60,941 nt of DNA, from positions 1 through 60,941 of IMG/VR virus record IMGVR_UViG_3300025012_000095. One strand, given 5' to 3'. The DNA comes from a virus. Its lineage: Duplodnaviria; Caudoviricetes. This document shows positions 56,158-60,941 of this stretch, one piece after another; the first letter of the stretch is position 1; the number at the start of each line of letters is the position of its first letter. A model generated the notes under the pieces. It ran no database searches. It had not been told where the DNA came from and was given only the letters and a program-made list of their open reading frames with translations. A program made the translations under genes and the position numbers.

Positions 56158-56712
56158 ATGGGAACACGAGCTGACTTCTACGTTGGGGTGGGCGAGGGCG
56201 CGGAGTGGCTGGGCAGTGTCGCATGGGATGGATACCAGTGGGCCGAAAGCCCAGACGGCGGGCTAATGGCTACCCGATCTGTAGAGGAGTGGCGGCAGGT
56301 CGTCTCGAGACTCCTCGAACGAGACGACGCCTGCACTCCCGCTCTCGGTTGGCCGTGGCCGTGGAATGATAGCACCGGGACCGACTACGCCTACGCCTGG
56401 CACAACGGCAAGCCGCTAGCGGTACAGTGGGGGGAGGGTTACGAGTGGCCAGATATGTCAGGGGTGCGGGAAGTGGCATTTGACGGTCGGTCGGGGCTTA
56501 CTTTGACAACCAGCGATGGAAATCTGCCCTCCGAGGTTGAACATGCGAGTACTCGGCTGGATCGTGCAATGGCTGCCAAGCGCAACTACGAACGCGAGCT
56601 CGATTATGCCGGCTGGGGAGACCCACATTACTGCACGCGGATGGATGCACTACTCCGCGAGATTCGGGCGGCGCGTAAGGCGCTGACGGCTGCCCTCTAC
56701 GAAGCACAGTAG
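56158..56712 (+). CDS. Conserved-looking phage hypothetical protein
   Basis: MGTRADFYVG..EWLGSVAWDGY..GWPWPWNDS..TDYAY. Confidence 0.7.
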   Translation: MGTRADFYVGVGEGAEWLGSVAWDGYQWAESPDGGLMATRSVEEWRQVVSRLLERDDACTPALGWPWPWNDSTGTDYAYAWHNGKPLAVQWGEGYEWPDMSGVREVAFDGRSGLTLTTSDGNLPSEVEHASTRLDRAMAAKRNYERELDYAGWGDPHYCTRMDALLREIRAARKALTAALYEAQ

Positions 56713-56800
56713 CGGACAGCCGTACCGGCCCGGACCCACGTCCGAGCCGGCGGGCTGGGCGATACTCGCACAGCACCGCGAGAGGGAGGGAAGGCAGACG

Positions 56801-57151
56801 ATGGATGAGATGGCAGTGCGAAAGGCGATGGACACCCTGCGGCTAGGTTGGCTTTCACGGAACTCCGACTACTGCCGCGACTGCGCGGGCGTCGGGATAG
56901 TAACGTCTCGCGAGAATCAGGCGCCGCTCGGTAGCGGGTTGAACTGGGCGGAGACGTCTGTCGAGCCATGCGAGGAATGCGTTGGCGGGGGGAAGTGCCC
57001 GACGTGTGGAAACCCGCTTTTGACCGACCCCGCCGGCCAACCGATCGAGGGCTTCAAAGGCGACGGTCGCATCAGCTGTATAGTGGGTCACGTGTCGATA
57101 GATGGTTGGGCATTCGCGGGCTGCCCGCCGACATACGAAGAGCTCTACTAG
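56801..57151 (+). CDS. Zn-finger hypothetical protein
   Basis: CRDCAG, CEECVG, CPTCG. Confidence 0.6.
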   Translation: MDEMAVRKAMDTLRLGWLSRNSDYCRDCAGVGIVTSRENQAPLGSGLNWAETSVEPCEECVGGGKCPTCGNPLLTDPAGQPIEGFKGDGRISCIVGHVSIDGWAFAGCPPTYEELY

Positions 57152-57159
57152 GGGGAATC

Positions 57160-57786
57160 ATGACAACGAGAGAACGCAAGGAACGCAAGGCAGAGCGCCG
57201 CCGCGCGTGGGCCGAGAGCCGTCGTCGGCAGGCGGCAGTTGCCCGCGCGGGTGCGTCAGCGATCGCAGACGGGATCCCATTCGGGCAGCCGATCCTGGTC
57301 GGCCACCACTCCGAAGCCCACGCACGGCGGGACCAGGATCGCATACATGCGGGCTTCCGCGCGGGACACGAGCACGACCAGATGGCCCAACATCACGAGG
57401 ATCAGGCAGTCGGGATCGAGCAGCAGCTTGATAGCTCGATCTACTCAGATGATGTCGACGCGCACGAGCGGTTGCGGGAGCGCATTGCACGGCTCGAGGC
57501 CGAGCGGGATCGCGTCAAGGCGTACAACGCTTCGTGCCGGAAGGGCGCGAGGGATCTGTCGGTGCTGGACGAGGGGCAGCAGGGCAATCTGCTAAGCGTT
57601 GCACGGCACTGTCCCTACCAGCTAGGGAAGCGCGGCGAGTTTCCCGGCTACCACCTGACCAATCTGGGCGCCCGCATTCGCACGGACAAGAAGCGCCTGG
57701 CCGCGCTAGGCGAGGCGCGCACCTCAGCGGAGCGGACCTCGGCGGAGCGGGCCTACGCGAGGCGTACCTGTACGGGGCGGACATGA
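57160..57786 (+). CDS. DUF3560-domain protein
   Basis: GIPFGQPILVGHHSE..RRD..SIYSDD..YHLTNLGARIR. Confidence 0.85.
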   Translation: MTTRERKERKAERRRAWAESRRRQAAVARAGASAIADGIPFGQPILVGHHSEAHARRDQDRIHAGFRAGHEHDQMAQHHEDQAVGIEQQLDSSIYSDDVDAHERLRERIARLEAERDRVKAYNASCRKGARDLSVLDEGQQGNLLSVARHCPYQLGKRGEFPGYHLTNLGARIRTDKKRLAALGEARTSAERTSAERAYARRTCTGRT

Positions 57787-58029
57787 TCTGGGGCTGGGTG
57801 GGAAGGCGGTTTCTCCCCGAGCGACACGGACAGGCGTGCCGAGTCCTTGTCAGAGGAAGACCGCCTCGCCAGCGACACGTGCTGGTCGAATTCGGTGATG
57901 GGTATTGTACCCGCACAATGCAGGGGTGCCTGAGGAGGCGCAAGATGTTGAATGATGGCGATGGCGATAGTCCCAACGTTCGCCCGTCATGCCCGAGAGG
58001 AGCGGCCGGCACACACGAGGAGGCAGGCG

Positions 58030-58713
58030 ATGATGCGAGATGAGTGTCTGACGATCATTGAGGCGGCTCGGGCTGCCGGGGAACAGCCGGACCTCGGCTG
58101 GGTGAACCTCGGCGGCGCGGACCTACGCGGGGCGGACCTGACCGGCGCGGACCTCGGCGGGGCGAACCTCCGCGGGGCGAACCTCGGCGGGGCGAACCTA
58201 CGCGTGGCGTACCTACGCGGGGCGTACCTACGCGAGGCCAACCTACGCGAGGCCAACCTACGCGGGGCGAACCTCGGCGGGGCTTACCTATGCGGGGCGG
58301 ACCTAACCGGCGCGGACCTACGCGAGGCGAACCTACGTGGGGCGTATCTACGTGGGGCGTATCTACGCTGGGTGTACCTACGCGAGGCCAACCTACGCGG
58401 GGCGAACCTGGCCGGGGCGGACCTACGCGAGGCGGACCTACGCGGGGCGGACCTGTACGGAGCGGACTTACGCGGAGTGAACCTACGCGGCGCGGACCTG
58501 TACGAGTCGGACCTGACCGACGCGGACCTGCGCAAGGGGAACCTCAGTTGGGCGAACCTACGCGAGGCGTACCTACGCGAGGCCAACCTACGCGAGGCAT
58601 ACCTACGCTGGGCGGACCTGCGCGGGGCTGACCTCGGCGGGGCGGACCTGACCGGGGCGATCCTGGACGGGGCGATCCTGGACGGAGAGGAGGCAGGCGA
58701 TGACACGAGATGA
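58030..58713 (+). CDS. Pentapeptide-repeat protein 1
   Basis: About 40 A(D/N/Y)Lxx repeats. Confidence 0.92.
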   Translation: MMRDECLTIIEAARAAGEQPDLGWVNLGGADLRGADLTGADLGGANLRGANLGGANLRVAYLRGAYLREANLREANLRGANLGGAYLCGADLTGADLREANLRGAYLRGAYLRWVYLREANLRGANLAGADLREADLRGADLYGADLRGVNLRGADLYESDLTDADLRKGNLSWANLREAYLREANLREAYLRWADLRGADLGGADLTGAILDGAILDGEEAGDDTR

Positions 58714-59113
58714 GTGTCTGGCAATCGTGGCAGCGGCTTGGGCTGTCGGGGAGCAGCCGGACCTATGCGGAGCCGACCTCGGCTGGGCGAACCTCATCGG
58801 GGCGGACCTCAGTTGGGCGGACCTGCGCGGGGCGAACCTGACCGGGGCGGACCTGACCGGGGCGAACCTGACCGAGGCGGACCTACGCGGGGCCGACCTC
58901 GGCTGGGCGAAGCTGACCGGGGCGGACCTGACCGGGGCGAACCTCAGCGGGGCGAGCCTGACCGGGGCGAACCTAGGCTGGGCGAACCTCATCGAGGCGG
59001 ACCTCAGTTGGGCGGACCTGTGCGGGGCGGACCTGCGCGGGGCAATCGGGTTAGGTACGCCAGCCGAGTTGCTGGTGCGGCTGGACATCAATTACGTAGA
59101 ACCCCTGTCCTAG
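58700..59113 (+). CDS. Pentapeptide-repeat protein 2
   Basis: About 19 A(D/N)Lxx repeats; N-terminus paralogous to protein 1. Confidence 0.92.
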   Translation: MTRDECLAIVAAAWAVGEQPDLCGADLGWANLIGADLSWADLRGANLTGADLTGANLTEADLRGADLGWAKLTGADLTGANLSGASLTGANLGWANLIEADLSWADLCGADLRGAIGLGTPAELLVRLDINYVEPLS

Positions 59114-59177
59114 ACCATTATGCTTATGCCGTATAGGCCATATGGCTGATGCGGGAAGACAAGGGCCGTGGTAGAGT
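59099..59177 (+). promoter_or_regulatory. Promoter cassette copy 3
   Basis: GAACccctGTCC 59099, degenerate operator 59110, ATAGGCcatatgGCTGAT 59133, TGG-TAGAGT 59172; about 90 bp similar to 51112-51204. Confidence 0.75.
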
Positions 59178-59234
59178 CTATACCAGCCACCAGGGCCAGC
59201 AATCGGGGCGACCCATCACGCAAAGGAGCGAGAC

Positions 59235-60753
59235 GTGAGAACCATTGAGGTACGAGTTTTCAGTCACAATGTGGACAACGACCTGGACGAGTGGGATCTG
59301 GACGATTGGCTCTGTGAGCTGGACTGCGTAACAGCACGAGCCACGAGTCTGTTTGACGCACTCAACACCAACGCAAATGATTCTCGCCACTGCCTCATCC
59401 AGAGCATCGGCGGCGATCGGTGGGGCGTGTTCGGCCTGATCGAGCCGGGCGAGCTGTACGCGGTCGAGGTGGCACAGTGAGCCGCCGCCTGCTGGGACTG
59501 CCGTCCACCGTGCTCGAGCTGGCCGACCGGAACCACGACGACCGGGGCGAGCATGCCCATCAATGGCGGTTTGGCACGTGCGCTTGCGGGCGGACGTTCG
59601 CAGACCTATCACACGGTGGCATCCGCTGGGAGTGCCGCGAGTGCGAGCTGCGGCGCTATCCGCCGCTAGGAGGTGCACAATGAGCGATATAATGGACCTG
59701 CTACTCCTGTATCTGGCGCTGAGTGGTGCGTTCGCACTGGGGATGTTCTTAATGGCCGCCCTGGTGGCGGCGGGAAAGGGAAGGGGGCAATCAGATGAGT
59801 GACAAGCCGAGGGGAGAAAAGGAAATCCGCCGCTGGGCGATGGCGAGGGTCTATGTTGCACCGTCCGACGGTCCGCTGACCTACACCTACGCGCAAGCCA
59901 TTGATCACGTAACGGTGGAGTTGCCATACGGCAGGATCATCGAACGCGACGAGGCAAGATTGCCGGTTTACGCAGCCAGGAATGCTGAGTTCGCCGCCTG
60001 GTGTACAGCATTCCTGCACGCTGAGATGATGGTAAGGCGGTGGCTTACCCGCGCCTACGAGGAAGGATGGGCGGGGAGTCTAGAGCCAGACTGCGAGGAG
60101 CTCGAATGAAGATGCTTTGCGAGAACGTCGGTCCATGCTGTAGCCACTGTAAGCACTCAAAGCCGCACGAGGCACGGGATCATTCGGACTGCGATGGCGG
60201 CGTTTGTGGTGGATTGCCAACGCGTTGTCGTCCAACATCGGAGGGGGAGGGGGAGAAAAATGAAGGTCCGGATTGAAGTGGATATTGCCCCGTGGTGGAG
60301 GGCGGAGGAGTACGACAACGACATGGCGACAGGCGAGCTGCCGATGGACGACCGCGATGCCAATCTAATCGAGATGTTCGGCGAGGACATCTCCGCGCTG
60401 CTCGACGGTGCGGCGTGGACTATCGTACGGGAGGCAGACAATGAGGGCTGAGCGCTATGCGTTGTGGCAGGCATGGCTTGATATGCTCGTGGATGAGGTG
60501 GAGCTCGCTGACAAACAGCTCACCGGCGTGCCCAGGCATGACACGGACGAACGCACCTGGATGGGAGCGCGCACCTTCTGGGCTGGAAAGGCGCTGGCGC
60601 TGGACAGAATCAGGAGTCAGTTGGATAACATTCGCGGCGTGGTTAAGGCCGCCTACGGACCAGGGGAGCCGGACAATGGGTGAGCGTGATGTCCAACGGT
60701 GGATCGCGGCTCTGCTGGCATTCCTGATACTGATAGCGGCGGGGTGGAGATGA
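59235..60753 (+). other. Early gene cluster 4 (59235-59480, 59477-59683, 59680-59802, 59795-60109, 60106-60276, 60260-60451, 60441-60683, 60676-60753)
   Basis: Coupled small ORFs with RBSs. Confidence 0.55.
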
Positions 60754-60815
60754 AGCGATCCACCGAACGACTAGTGGCCGTCCCCGACACCGTGGTTGTA
60801 GGCCCCGTGTTGAAG

Positions 60816-60941
60816 GTGTTGGCGTGCGGATGCGTAGCAGACTCGATTGGTGGGCTCTGGGCGCCGTGCGCCGAAGTGGCAGAGGTGCACGCTCTCGCGT
60901 GTGAGCTGGCGGGCCAGGGGCTTCTGTTAGATTCCGAGAGA
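60816..60941. repeat. 126-bp direct terminal overlap, copy 2
   Basis: Identical to 4..129. Confidence 0.95.

Noticed and set aside
58030-59113. Repeat array resembling CRISPR or DGR template/variable repeats
   Set aside because: The 15-nt units are in-frame pentapeptide codons with no spacers; there is no reverse transcriptase or cas gene in the genome
1-60941. Alternative genetic code or stop-codon reassignment
   Set aside because: Core genes are full length under code 11 and all three stop codons terminate genes

Overview
A complete or near-complete ~60.8 kb circularly permuted siphovirus-like phage genome (126-bp end overlap). Essentially all genes are on the + strand, and no integrase, CI-type repressor, tRNA or CRISPR array is recognisable. 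Gene order: (1) recombination and replication (Sak4-like AAA ATPase, Ref-like nuclease, Prim-Pol/AAA_25 primase-helicase). (2) A 7-deazaguanine module: a DpdA/TGT-like protein plus a YhhQ preQ0 transporter, both sitting among DNA-methyltransferase fragments. (3) A LexA DNA-binding-domain-only gene and TerS. (4) An island of virion-like genes with an HNH nuclease. (5) TerL with a mini-intein, a portal-MuF fusion, Mu-like head genes, and a tail with a -1 frameshift chaperone and a 2368-aa tape measure protein. (6) A multi-enzyme lysis/envelope cassette (GH-A-like hydrolase, SLT, S8 subtilisin, GH25 endolysin, holin). (7) A C-rich non-coding tract. (8) An early region of small ORFs and pentapeptide-repeat genes, driven by a repeated promoter cassette: GAAC-N4-GTTC SOS-like box, ATAGGC-N6-GCCTAT operator, extended -10. 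Endolysin domains and SOS-box type suggest a Chloroflexota host (inference). All protein calls are from motif recognition by eye, not database searches.
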